A DNA stretch of 64,000 nt from a virus. The DNA is taken from positions 1 through 64,000 of IMG/VR virus record IMGVR_UViG_3300032246_001967. One strand, written 5' to 3'. Positions 37,682 through 46,494 of this stretch are shown here, in pieces (position 1 is the stretch's first letter; each line of letters starts with the position of its first letter). Made by a program: the position numbers and the translations under genes. The notes under the pieces are model-generated. The model was not told where the DNA came from. It saw only the letters and a program-made list of their open reading frames with translations, and ran no database searches.

Positions 37682-38257
37682 ATGAACAAATCAACCCTTT
37701 GGGCCGTTATTGTAGTTTTGATTACTGTTATCATTTGGATGACCAAATGCAGTAATCATTCTACTATTACTGGTAGAATAGATACAGTAACGGATACTTC
37801 TTATATTCATGATACTTTAAAAATAAAAGGTAAAACAAAAATTAAACCTGTTCCTGTTCCTTTTTATGTTCATGATACTGTAATTGATTCAACAGGTAAT
37901 ATAACTATTGTTGAAGTAAAAAAATATGCTACAAATGATACTTTTATTTACGATACAGATTCAGTAAAAGTAACAGTGTATACTAAAATATATTCTAGCA
38001 GTCCTTTAGATTCTATTAGTAGTGAATTAAAAGCTATCATTAGGCATAAAATTATAGAAAGAGTAATTACCAAAGAAATAATTAGAAAAAATGCTTTCTT
38101 TGCTGGTCCTTCTATTGGGTTAGGTAAAACAAGTTATATATCTTTAGATGGTTTATATGAAAGAAATGGAAAAATCATCTATAAATTAGGAGCAGGGGTA
38201 AATACTAATCTTCAACCTATGTTGAAAGCAGGTATTTATTGGCAGATCTCCAAATAA
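37682..38257 (+). CDS. Envelope protein, possible spanin-like (signal/TM plus Cys, C-terminal amphipathic beta strands)
   Basis: TLWAVIVVLITVIIWMTKC; ends LKAGIYWQISK. Confidence 0.5.
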   Translation: MNKSTLWAVIVVLITVIIWMTKCSNHSTITGRIDTVTDTSYIHDTLKIKGKTKIKPVPVPFYVHDTVIDSTGNITIVEVKKYATNDTFIYDTDSVKVTVYTKIYSSSPLDSISSELKAIIRHKIIERVITKEIIRKNAFFAGPSIGLGKTSYISLDGLYERNGKIIYKLGAGVNTNLQPMLKAGIYWQISK

Positions 38258-38263
38258 AAATTT

Positions 38264-39841
38264 ATGAGTGAAAATGTAAACTTAAAAGATGTTATAAGAC
38301 AAGAGTACATAAAATGCTTGCAGGACCCTGCTCATTTTATGAAAAAATACTGTAACATCCAGCATCCTCAAAGAGGTAGAGTAATATTTAATCTGTATCC
38401 TTTCCAAGATAAAGTATTAAACCTTTGGAAGGATCATCCTTATTCTATTGTATTAAAATCTAGACAGTTAGGTATTTCTACATTAGCAGCAGGTTATTCT
38501 TTATGGTTAATGTTATTCCATAAAGATAAAAACGTACTTTGTATCGCGACTAAACAAGAAACTGCTCGTAACATGGTTACAAAAGTTAAGTTTATGTTCG
38601 ATAATTTACCTACTTGGCTTAAAATAGGAGCTGAGGAAAATAATAAATTATCATTACGATTAAGTAATGGTTCACAAATTAAAGCCACTTCAGCAAGTAG
38701 TGATGCGGGTCGATCAGAAGCCGTATCTTTACTAATTGTCGATGAGGCAGCGTTTATTGAACAAATTGGTGAGATTTGGGCTTCAGCACAACAAACATTA
38801 GCAACGGGTGGTGGAGCAATTGTGTTATCTACTCCTTATGGTACAGGTAACTGGTTTCATCAAACGTGGGTTAGAGCTGAATCAGGTGAAAATGATTTTT
38901 TACCTATTAAATTACCTTGGTATGTACATCCAGAACGAAATGAAGATTGGAGAAAACGTCAAGATGAATTATTAGGTGATCCTAGATTAGCAGCTCAAGA
39001 ATGTGATTGTGACTTTAATACATCAGGTGATGTAGTATTTTATCCTGAATGGACAGATTTTATTAGAGAAACAACACTTCAAGAACCAATAGAAAGAAGA
39101 GGAGCCGACCAAAATTTATGGGTATGGGAACCTGCAGACTATACAAGAGATTATATAGTAGTAGCAGACGTAGCTAGAGGTGATGGTAAGGATTTCTCAA
39201 CTTTTCATGTAATTGATATTGCAACTAATACACAAGTTGCAGAATATAAAGGGCAAATGTCGCCTAAAGAGTTTGGATACTTTTTAGTTGCTATTGCTAC
39301 TGAATATAATATGGCTCTATTAGTAATAGAAAATGCTTCTATTGGTTGGGCGGCTATTGAATCTGTGTTAGAAAGAGGATATCAGAACACCTATTATTCA
39401 CCTAAGAGTGATAATCTAACAGTTGATTCGTATTTTAATAAGTACGAAAATAGCGATAACGTAACGCCTGGTTTTACTATGTCATTAAGAACACGTCCTT
39501 TAGTAATAAATAAGTTTAGAGAATATGTCGGAGATCGCTCTGTGACTATTAAATCTAAACGTTTATTAGAAGAAATGAAAGTATTCGTTTGGAAAAATGG
39601 ACGTCCAGAAGCACAATCTGGTTATAATGATGATTTAGTTATGCCGTTTGGTATTGCTATGTATTTAAGAGACACATCATTAAAATTTAGACAACAAGCA
39701 CACGATTTATCAAGAGCCACTTTAAGTAATTTTTCAAAAGGAAATACTAGTTTTATAGGAGCCTATAATGCTAATAATGTTCCTAATCCTTATTCCATTG
39801 AAACAAACAGCGGAGTAGAGGACATTAAGTGGTTATTGTAA
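38264..39841 (+). CDS. terL: Terminase large subunit (gp17-like)
   Basis: LYPFQ, KSRQLGIS Walker A, LIVDEAAF Walker B, STPYG, ADVARG.DFS, NDDLVM. Confidence 0.95.
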   Translation: MSENVNLKDVIRQEYIKCLQDPAHFMKKYCNIQHPQRGRVIFNLYPFQDKVLNLWKDHPYSIVLKSRQLGISTLAAGYSLWLMLFHKDKNVLCIATKQETARNMVTKVKFMFDNLPTWLKIGAEENNKLSLRLSNGSQIKATSASSDAGRSEAVSLLIVDEAAFIEQIGEIWASAQQTLATGGGAIVLSTPYGTGNWFHQTWVRAESGENDFLPIKLPWYVHPERNEDWRKRQDELLGDPRLAAQECDCDFNTSGDVVFYPEWTDFIRETTLQEPIERRGADQNLWVWEPADYTRDYIVVADVARGDGKDFSTFHVIDIATNTQVAEYKGQMSPKEFGYFLVAIATEYNMALLVIENASIGWAAIESVLERGYQNTYYSPKSDNLTVDSYFNKYENSDNVTPGFTMSLRTRPLVINKFREYVGDRSVTIKSKRLLEEMKVFVWKNGRPEAQSGYNDDLVMPFGIAMYLRDTSLKFRQQAHDLSRATLSNFSKGNTSFIGAYNANNVPNPYSIETNSGVEDIKWLL

Positions 39842-39859
39842 TATTTATAATATATTTAC

Positions 39860-41737
39860 ATGGCAAACACTAATTTATTCGCTCGTCTACAAAGACTATT
39901 CTCTACTGATGTTATTATCAGAAATCAAGGTGGAAATGAGCTTAAAGTACTAGACGTAGATAGCATCCAAAGATCAGGAGATGTAGCTACAAATTCCTTG
40001 ATGGATAGATATAATAGAATCTATTCACCTGCCGCTTCATCATTATACGGTCAGCAAGTTAATATTAATTATCAATACTTAAGAACCTTCATTTATTCAG
40101 ACTATGATATTATGGATAACGATGCAATTATTGCTTCTGCTCTTGATATCATTTCTGAAGAAGCTACTTTAAGAAATGAAATGGGTGAGGTATTACAAAT
40201 TAGATCTAACGACGAAGATATTCAACAAGTACTTTATAATTTATTTTATGATGTTTTAAATATTGAATTTAATCTATGGTCTTGGATTCGCCAAATGTGT
40301 AAATATGGTGATTTCTTTTTAAAATTAGAAATTGCTGAAAAATATGGTGTTTATAATGTAATTCCTTTTACTGCTTATCATATTGATAGACAGGAAAATT
40401 ATGATAAAGAACATCCAAACGCAGTAAGATTTAAATATTCTCCAGAAGGTATTTATGGTGGTAGTTCAGGTTACTATCCTACACCTAACATGACTGCTCA
40501 AAAAGATGAAAATTTTGTTTATTTTGAAAATTATGAAATGGCTCACTTCCGTTTAATGACGGATGTTAACTATTTACCTTATGGTAGAAGTTATTTAGAA
40601 CCAGCTCGTAGAATTTATAAACAATATGCTTTAATGGAAGATGCTATGTTAATTCATAGAATCTCACGTTCACCTGATAGACGTATTTTTTATATTAATG
40701 TTGGTTCTATTCCTCCTAATGAAGTAGAAAATTTCATGCAGAAAACTATTTCTACAATGAAACGTACTCCATTACAAGATAAACAAACTGGTGAGTATAA
40801 TTTAAAGTATAATATGCAGAACCTTATGGAAGATTTTTATATTCCAATTAGAGGTAATGATCAAACAACTAGAATTGATACTACTCCTGGTTTAGCTTAT
40901 GATGGTATTTCTGACGTTACTTATTTAAGAGATAAACTATTTGCTGCTTTAAAAGTACCTAAAGCGTTTATGGGTTATGATGAAAACTTACAAGGTAAAG
41001 CAACATTAGCAGCAGAAGATATTAGATTTGCTCGCACTATTGATAGATTACAACGTATTGTATTATCAGAATTATATAAAATCGCATTAGTACATTTATA
41101 TACTCAAGGTTACACTGCAGATAATTTAACTAATTTCGAATTATCATTAACTACTCCTTCTATTATTTACGACCAAGAACGTATTGCGTTAATGAAGGAA
41201 AAAATGGATTTAGCAGCCCAAATGATGGAAACCAAATTAATTTCATCAGATTGGATTTACGAAAATATATTCCATTTCAGTCAAGACCAGTATGAAGAAA
41301 TGAGAGATTTAATTGCACAAGACCAAAAACGTACTTTTAGATTTACTCAAATTGCTGAAGAAGGTAATGACCCAGTAGAAACAGGTAAATCTTATGGTAC
41401 ACCACATGATTTAGCTTCATTATATGGTAGAGGTAGATATTCAGCAAATGAATTACCTGATGGATATGATGAAAAAGCTCCTTTAGGTCGCCCTAAAGAA
41501 AAAGTATCAAATATTAATACTCAAGATAATCCATTTGGTAGAGATAGATTAGGTAGAAAAGATATGAAGGTGGATGATCAAGAAGGATATGGCAGACCTA
41601 AAAAAGATGTTTCTCCATTGGCCTTAGAAATAGTAGCTAAAAATAAAACCTTATTAGAATCTTTAGAAAAGAAAATTAATTTTAAAGAAACTGATGATAA
41701 GGAAATACTATTAGATGAATCTAAATTAAAGGAATAA
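39860..41737 (+). CDS. Portal protein (gp20-like)
   Basis: YGRSYLE, LMEDAMLIHRISRSPDRRIFYINVG, EDFYIP, ALKVP; follows terminase. Confidence 0.95.
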   Translation: MANTNLFARLQRLFSTDVIIRNQGGNELKVLDVDSIQRSGDVATNSLMDRYNRIYSPAASSLYGQQVNINYQYLRTFIYSDYDIMDNDAIIASALDIISEEATLRNEMGEVLQIRSNDEDIQQVLYNLFYDVLNIEFNLWSWIRQMCKYGDFFLKLEIAEKYGVYNVIPFTAYHIDRQENYDKEHPNAVRFKYSPEGIYGGSSGYYPTPNMTAQKDENFVYFENYEMAHFRLMTDVNYLPYGRSYLEPARRIYKQYALMEDAMLIHRISRSPDRRIFYINVGSIPPNEVENFMQKTISTMKRTPLQDKQTGEYNLKYNMQNLMEDFYIPIRGNDQTTRIDTTPGLAYDGISDVTYLRDKLFAALKVPKAFMGYDENLQGKATLAAEDIRFARTIDRLQRIVLSELYKIALVHLYTQGYTADNLTNFELSLTTPSIIYDQERIALMKEKMDLAAQMMETKLISSDWIYENIFHFSQDQYEEMRDLIAQDQKRTFRFTQIAEEGNDPVETGKSYGTPHDLASLYGRGRYSANELPDGYDEKAPLGRPKEKVSNINTQDNPFGRDRLGRKDMKVDDQEGYGRPKKDVSPLALEIVAKNKTLLESLEKKINFKETDDKEILLDESKLKE

Positions 41738-41770
41738 GAATCTTTATATATTTATAACAAAATCTTGATA

Positions 41771-42628
41771 ATGTTAATAAAACATTCCAAATATAAAAAC
41801 ACGGGACTTTTATTTGAACTTTTAGTTAGACAAATTACCTCTGACACATTGTCTGGTAAGGACTCTAAAGCAACTAACCTTTTAAAGAAATATTTTGTTA
41901 AAACAGAATTAAGTAGAGAATACAAGTTATACGAATCTTTATCAAAGTATAAAAATATTACTGAAGCTAAAGCAGAAACTGTAATTAATACATTAATTGA
42001 ATCTTCTAAAGAATTAAACAGAGGTGCTTTAAAAAGACAAAAGTATAATCTAATTAATGAGATTCAAAAGCATTATAACTTAGATGAATTTTTTAAGACT
42101 AAATTACCTAATTATAAAGCTTACGCTTCATTATATACGTTAATAGAAATATATAACAGCGAAAATTTATCCAACCCGGACCAAATTATTTCCAATAAAT
42201 TAAATATATTAGAACATTTATCTTCTAAATCAGTTGAAAAAACTAAAGTTGAGGATAATTTAATTGAAGAATTTAAATCATACGATAAAGATCTTAGAAT
42301 TTTAACTTACAAAGTAATGTTAGAAAAATTCAATGGTAAATATGCTGATTTAAATGATAATCAAAAAATAGTTTTAAAAGAATTTATCAATTCAGTAGAT
42401 TCTACTCCTAAATTAAGAGAATTTTATAATACTAAAATAGGAGAAATTAAATCTGAATTAACAAAATTAAATAAAAAAGTTACAAATAAAGCAATCCAGA
42501 TTAAAATTAACGAAATTCAAAATATTATTACTCCTTTAGGTAAAACATCTAAAATTGGTAATGATGATTTAGTTAATTTATTACAATATTATGAATTAAT
42601 AGATGAATTAGTTAAAATACATGGCTAA
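41771..42628 (+). CDS. Conserved-looking head-region protein (likely start ATG 41771)
   Basis: KHSKYKNTGLLFELLVR; lies between portal and protease; late promoter at 41747. Confidence 0.6.
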   Translation: MLIKHSKYKNTGLLFELLVRQITSDTLSGKDSKATNLLKKYFVKTELSREYKLYESLSKYKNITEAKAETVINTLIESSKELNRGALKRQKYNLINEIQKHYNLDEFFKTKLPNYKAYASLYTLIEIYNSENLSNPDQIISNKLNILEHLSSKSVEKTKVEDNLIEEFKSYDKDLRILTYKVMLEKFNGKYADLNDNQKIVLKEFINSVDSTPKLREFYNTKIGEIKSELTKLNKKVTNKAIQIKINEIQNIITPLGKTSKIGNDDLVNLLQYYELIDELVKIHG

Positions 42629-43448
42629 TTTTAAATATAAAATAAAAGAAATTCAAGTAGGTGATGTCGAAATCGACAGAGGGACAAAATATACTGTAAA
42701 ATCAGTTGATCCTGAATCTGGAGCTATTGAATGGAGTGTAGAAAAAGTTGCTGATTATGAATCTTCTTTCGAAGAATTAAATAAAGCAAAAAACCTATTA
42801 GATAAACTTATTACAGCTCCAGGAGCAAAAGATGATATTAAAATTAGACAAATAGCTTCTCAAGTTAGAGACACTGTAAATAATTATAGAACTCATCTAA
42901 GAAAAAATTATCCTGAAGAATATAATAAAATCAAATCTTTATCCGAAGAAAGTACTACTGGTGGTGGAGTGGGACAAGCAAATTATACTTCAGGTACTGA
43001 AGGTGAAAATATAGCTACTAAATATGCTTTTAGTAAGAAAAAATTAAAAGAAGGTCCTGGTGCTTCAGTAGGTCCAGGTCCTAAAGCAGGTCCTGAAGGT
43101 GTTAAAGATAATACTTATGTAAAAAATTTTAAATATACTTTAGTTGATAAAAAAGCTTTAAATAAAGCTGCTAAAGGTATTGATGTTAAACCTTTATGGG
43201 AAGCTGAGTTTGATGTTGATGAATTAAATTTACAAAATCCTCAATTAAAAGATTGGATCCAAGAAAGAGTTCAATCTTTTGATGATATTGAAAGACAATT
43301 AAATGTTTTGGTAGGATTATTACAACAAGCAAAACAAGACACTATTCGTAAATATAGCCAAAATCCTAATTTTGCTGTTATTTATGGTACCGATATGGCT
43401 AAAGAATATTTAAACGACTTAATAGAATTATTTAAAAAACAACAATAA
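42621..43448 (+). CDS. Head-region modular protein
   Basis: IKE, LSE, LKE, LWE segment boundaries. Confidence 0.55.
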   Translation: MANFKYKIKEIQVGDVEIDRGTKYTVKSVDPESGAIEWSVEKVADYESSFEELNKAKNLLDKLITAPGAKDDIKIRQIASQVRDTVNNYRTHLRKNYPEEYNKIKSLSEESTTGGGVGQANYTSGTEGENIATKYAFSKKKLKEGPGASVGPGPKAGPEGVKDNTYVKNFKYTLVDKKALNKAAKGIDVKPLWEAEFDVDELNLQNPQLKDWIQERVQSFDDIERQLNVLVGLLQQAKQDTIRKYSQNPNFAVIYGTDMAKEYLNDLIELFKKQQ

Positions 43449-43450
43449 AC

Positions 43451-43684
43451 ATGGCAAATATACCAGTAAACGCAACCGGCATAGTATCAACAACAACAAT
43501 AACAGGTAGTTTTGGAGGATTTTCTGTAGTATCAGGATCAGCTGTATTCACAGGTTTAAAAGATGCTAATGGAAATATATTAGCAACTGTAGCTGCACCT
43601 TTAGTAATTAACTCTGGAGATACAATTCCTATTTATGTAACTAGCGCTTCTTTATCTTCTGGAGCAGTATTATTTTATTATTAA
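43451..43684 (+). CDS. Small beta-rich structural protein (possible decoration protein)
   Basis: Hydrophobic S/T/G-rich 77 aa. Confidence 0.5.
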   Translation: MANIPVNATGIVSTTTITGSFGGFSVVSGSAVFTGLKDANGNILATVAAPLVINSGDTIPIYVTSASLSSGAVLFYY

Positions 43685-43696
43685 TATTTATAACAA

Positions 43697-44581
43697 ATGG
43701 AAAAAACATTACAACAACAATATATTCTTATTAAAGAAGGCAAAGGAAACAAAGATGACTTTTTAAAAAGTGCTCGTCGTGTATTTCCTGAGTTTATTAC
43801 TCCATTAACTGACTATAAAACTGCTGTTAATATTCTAAAAAGCAAAAGTATTTTATCTGAATCAGTAAAACCTGTTGAAAAGAAAAACTGGTTTGAAATT
43901 TTTAATAAAAATATAAATGAAGCTGTAGGTGTTAAAAACACTAAAACTTATGGTGACCAAAATGAGTTTGATAAAATTGATTCTGAAGTACAAAAAACTT
44001 TAGATAAAGCTAATTTTAATAATAAAGACTCTAAAAATATTGATAACCTTTATGGTCAATCTTTCTTAATGGGTTATTATACTGAAATGAAAGATCCTAA
44101 AAACGCTGGAAAAACAGTAGATGAGTTAAAAGAAATTGTAGCTAAAAATATGGCTAAAGATATTAACTATTATGCTACAAATGCTTCATTTGGTGTTAAA
44201 GGTATTGGTTATGAAAAATCAAAAGAACAAAAAGACCCTAAAGGTAAATGGAAAGCTAGTGGATATGGTGATTTAAGTGAAGCTAAACGTCCTAATATTT
44301 CTTCAGAAATTAAAGAGATTGAAAAATCAAACGAAACATTAGCATTAGAAGCTAAAATAAAAGCAATTGATGAAGCTATTGAAAAAAGACAATCTAAATT
44401 ATCTATTGCTGAATCAGAAGAATTAGCTGAAATGATTGATCCTAAAATGGTTAAAACTCTTCAAAAAGAAATTAAAGAGTTAGAAAAATATAAAGCTAAA
44501 GCTGCTAAATTATATGAAAAAATAACTGGTAGTAAAAAACAAGAAGTTATAGACGAAGATAACGATTTAACTCAATATTAA
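43697..44581 (+). CDS. Putative prohead core protein
   Basis: Immediately upstream of the protease; IKE, LSE, INE sites; coiled coil. Confidence 0.5.
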   Translation: MEKTLQQQYILIKEGKGNKDDFLKSARRVFPEFITPLTDYKTAVNILKSKSILSESVKPVEKKNWFEIFNKNINEAVGVKNTKTYGDQNEFDKIDSEVQKTLDKANFNNKDSKNIDNLYGQSFLMGYYTEMKDPKNAGKTVDELKEIVAKNMAKDINYYATNASFGVKGIGYEKSKEQKDPKGKWKASGYGDLSEAKRPNISSEIKEIEKSNETLALEAKIKAIDEAIEKRQSKLSIAESEELAEMIDPKMVKTLQKEIKELEKYKAKAAKLYEKITGSKKQEVIDEDNDLTQY

Positions 44582-44582
44582 T

Positions 44583-45188
44583 ATGAAACAAGTATTAATT
44601 GAAACCATACCGTTTAATGTATCACGTACACAATTACATGAGGGTTTAAAAGCTCCTTCGGGTAATCCTTTAGTTGAAGGTATTCTAGCTACAGCTGAAG
44701 TAAAAAATGGTAATGGTCGTTATTATCCAAAAGAGTTATGGGAAAGAGAAATTGACAAATACCAACAAATGGTTAGAGAAAATAGAGCAACAGGTGAATT
44801 AGATCATCCTGAGTCTTCTATTATATCTTTAAAAAACGTATCTCATATTATTAGAGAATGTTGGTGGGACGGAGATAAAGTAATGGGTAAAATAGAAATT
44901 TTACCTACTGTATCTGGTAATATTTTAAAAGCACTTATTGATAATAATGTAACAGTAGGTGTATCATCTCGTGGAATGGGTTCATTAAAACAAATTGGTG
45001 AAGGAACATTAGAAGTACAAGATGATTTTGAATTATTATGCTGGGACTTTGTATCAACCCCATCTAATCCAGGTTCATATATGACGTTAGTTAGAGAAGG
45101 TATTGAAAAACCTACAAATGATTATTCTAAAGTTAATTCTTTATTAACAGAAATCCTTTGTGCTAACGGAACCTGTCCAATATTTTGA
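44583..45188 (+). CDS. Prohead protease (gp21-like)
   Basis: NGNGRYYP, GELDHP, VSH, GVSSRGMGS, DFVSTPS. Confidence 0.95.
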   Translation: MKQVLIETIPFNVSRTQLHEGLKAPSGNPLVEGILATAEVKNGNGRYYPKELWEREIDKYQQMVRENRATGELDHPESSIISLKNVSHIIRECWWDGDKVMGKIEILPTVSGNILKALIDNNVTVGVSSRGMGSLKQIGEGTLEVQDDFELLCWDFVSTPSNPGSYMTLVREGIEKPTNDYSKVNSLLTEILCANGTCPIF

Positions 45189-45216
45189 CCTCTCTTGGGA
45201 TAGTATCCCTTGACTG

Positions 45217-45246
45217 ACCCTCCCCTAAAAAGGAGGGTTTCTTTTT
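45217..45246 (+). terminator. Rho-independent terminator
   Basis: ACCCTCC-cctaaaaa-GGAGGGT plus TTCTTTTT. Confidence 0.8.
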
Positions 45247-45392
45247 GCGTTTTTGAAATATTTTGATATACGTATACCCGACAATATACGATTTTCTATA
45301 TCGTATTAAGATTTAAAATATCTATTACGCTTCGAGTAATCTATAATAAGCGTACTTCCAACAAAAATTATTTGAGGACAAAAAACAAACAA

Positions 45393-46466
45393 ATGGCAAA
45401 CAGAGACTTATTAAAAGAAGCCATTGCCGATGCTAAAGCTGTTAAGGAAACAGCCATCGCCAATGCAAAAGCTGCTCTTGAAGAAGCTTTTACTCCCATG
45501 CTTCGTGAAAAATTAGCTGCTAAAATAGCTGAAATGGATGAAATGGAAGAAGAAGTTGATTTAAAAGAAGCAGACGAAATGGAAGAAGGTCTTGAAGAAA
45601 CTTACGACAAAACTGATGAAGCTAAAGACATGGATAACATGGAAGAAGCTGAAAAAGTAGATGAAGTAGATCTTGAAGAACTTCTAAGAGAATTAGATGA
45701 ATTAGAAGAAGGTGAAGCGACAGGTGAAGAAGGATTTGGTAAATTTTCTTCAGACGGAACCGAAGGTTTCGATGGTGGAGACGGAGACACACAAGAAAAA
45801 GCATTAGATGAAGCTGAAGGTGAAGAAGATTATGAAGATAAAGATGCAGATGGTGTTGAAGATTCAGAAGATGAAGAAATTGACATCGAAAACATGGACG
45901 AAGATGATCTTAAAAAATTCATTGAAAGTGTAATCGCTGACATGGTTGAATCTGGCGAATTAGAAGCTGGCCATGAAGGTGAAGAAGGTGAAGAGGGAGA
46001 AGAAGGTGAAGAAGATGAAGAAGGTGAAGAAGAAATGAGTATGGATATGATGGCTGAGGTTAAGAAAGCTAAAAAAGATGCTGAAGAATCTAAAAAAGCT
46101 AAAGAAAAAGCTGAAAAAGAGCTTAAAGAAGCTTATGATGCTTTAGAAGCAATTAAAACTGAACTTAACGAAGTTAACTTATTCAACGCTAAATTACTTT
46201 ACACTAACAAAATCTTCAAAGCTAAGAATTTGAACGAATCACAAAAAGTAAAAGTATTAGCTGCTTTTGATAAAGCGGCTAGTGTAAAAGAAGCTAAATT
46301 AGTATTTGAAACTCTATCAGCTGGTTTCAATGAAAAGAAAGCTCCTATGAATGAATCATTAATCCGTGGTGGTGCTTCAAAAGCTGCAGGTGTAGCTACT
46401 AAAAAGCCAATTATGGAAGCTAATGATCAGGTTGCAAGATGGCAAAAATTAGCTGGTATCAAATAA
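45393..46466 (+). CDS. Prohead scaffold protein (gp22-like); likely start ATG 45393
   Basis: Very acidic coiled coil between the protease and MCP; ends RWQKLAGIK. Confidence 0.85.
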   Translation: MANRDLLKEAIADAKAVKETAIANAKAALEEAFTPMLREKLAAKIAEMDEMEEEVDLKEADEMEEGLEETYDKTDEAKDMDNMEEAEKVDEVDLEELLRELDELEEGEATGEEGFGKFSSDGTEGFDGGDGDTQEKALDEAEGEEDYEDKDADGVEDSEDEEIDIENMDEDDLKKFIESVIADMVESGELEAGHEGEEGEEGEEGEEDEEGEEEMSMDMMAEVKKAKKDAEESKKAKEKAEKELKEAYDALEAIKTELNEVNLFNAKLLYTNKIFKAKNLNESQKVKVLAAFDKAASVKEAKLVFETLSAGFNEKKAPMNESLIRGGASKAAGVATKKPIMEANDQVARWQKLAGIK

Positions 46467-46494
46467 AAAATAAAAACAAAAACAAATAACAAAA

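Noticed and set aside
45970-46035. GAAGAAGGT-type repeats
   Set aside because: They simply encode the acidic EEG tract of the scaffold.
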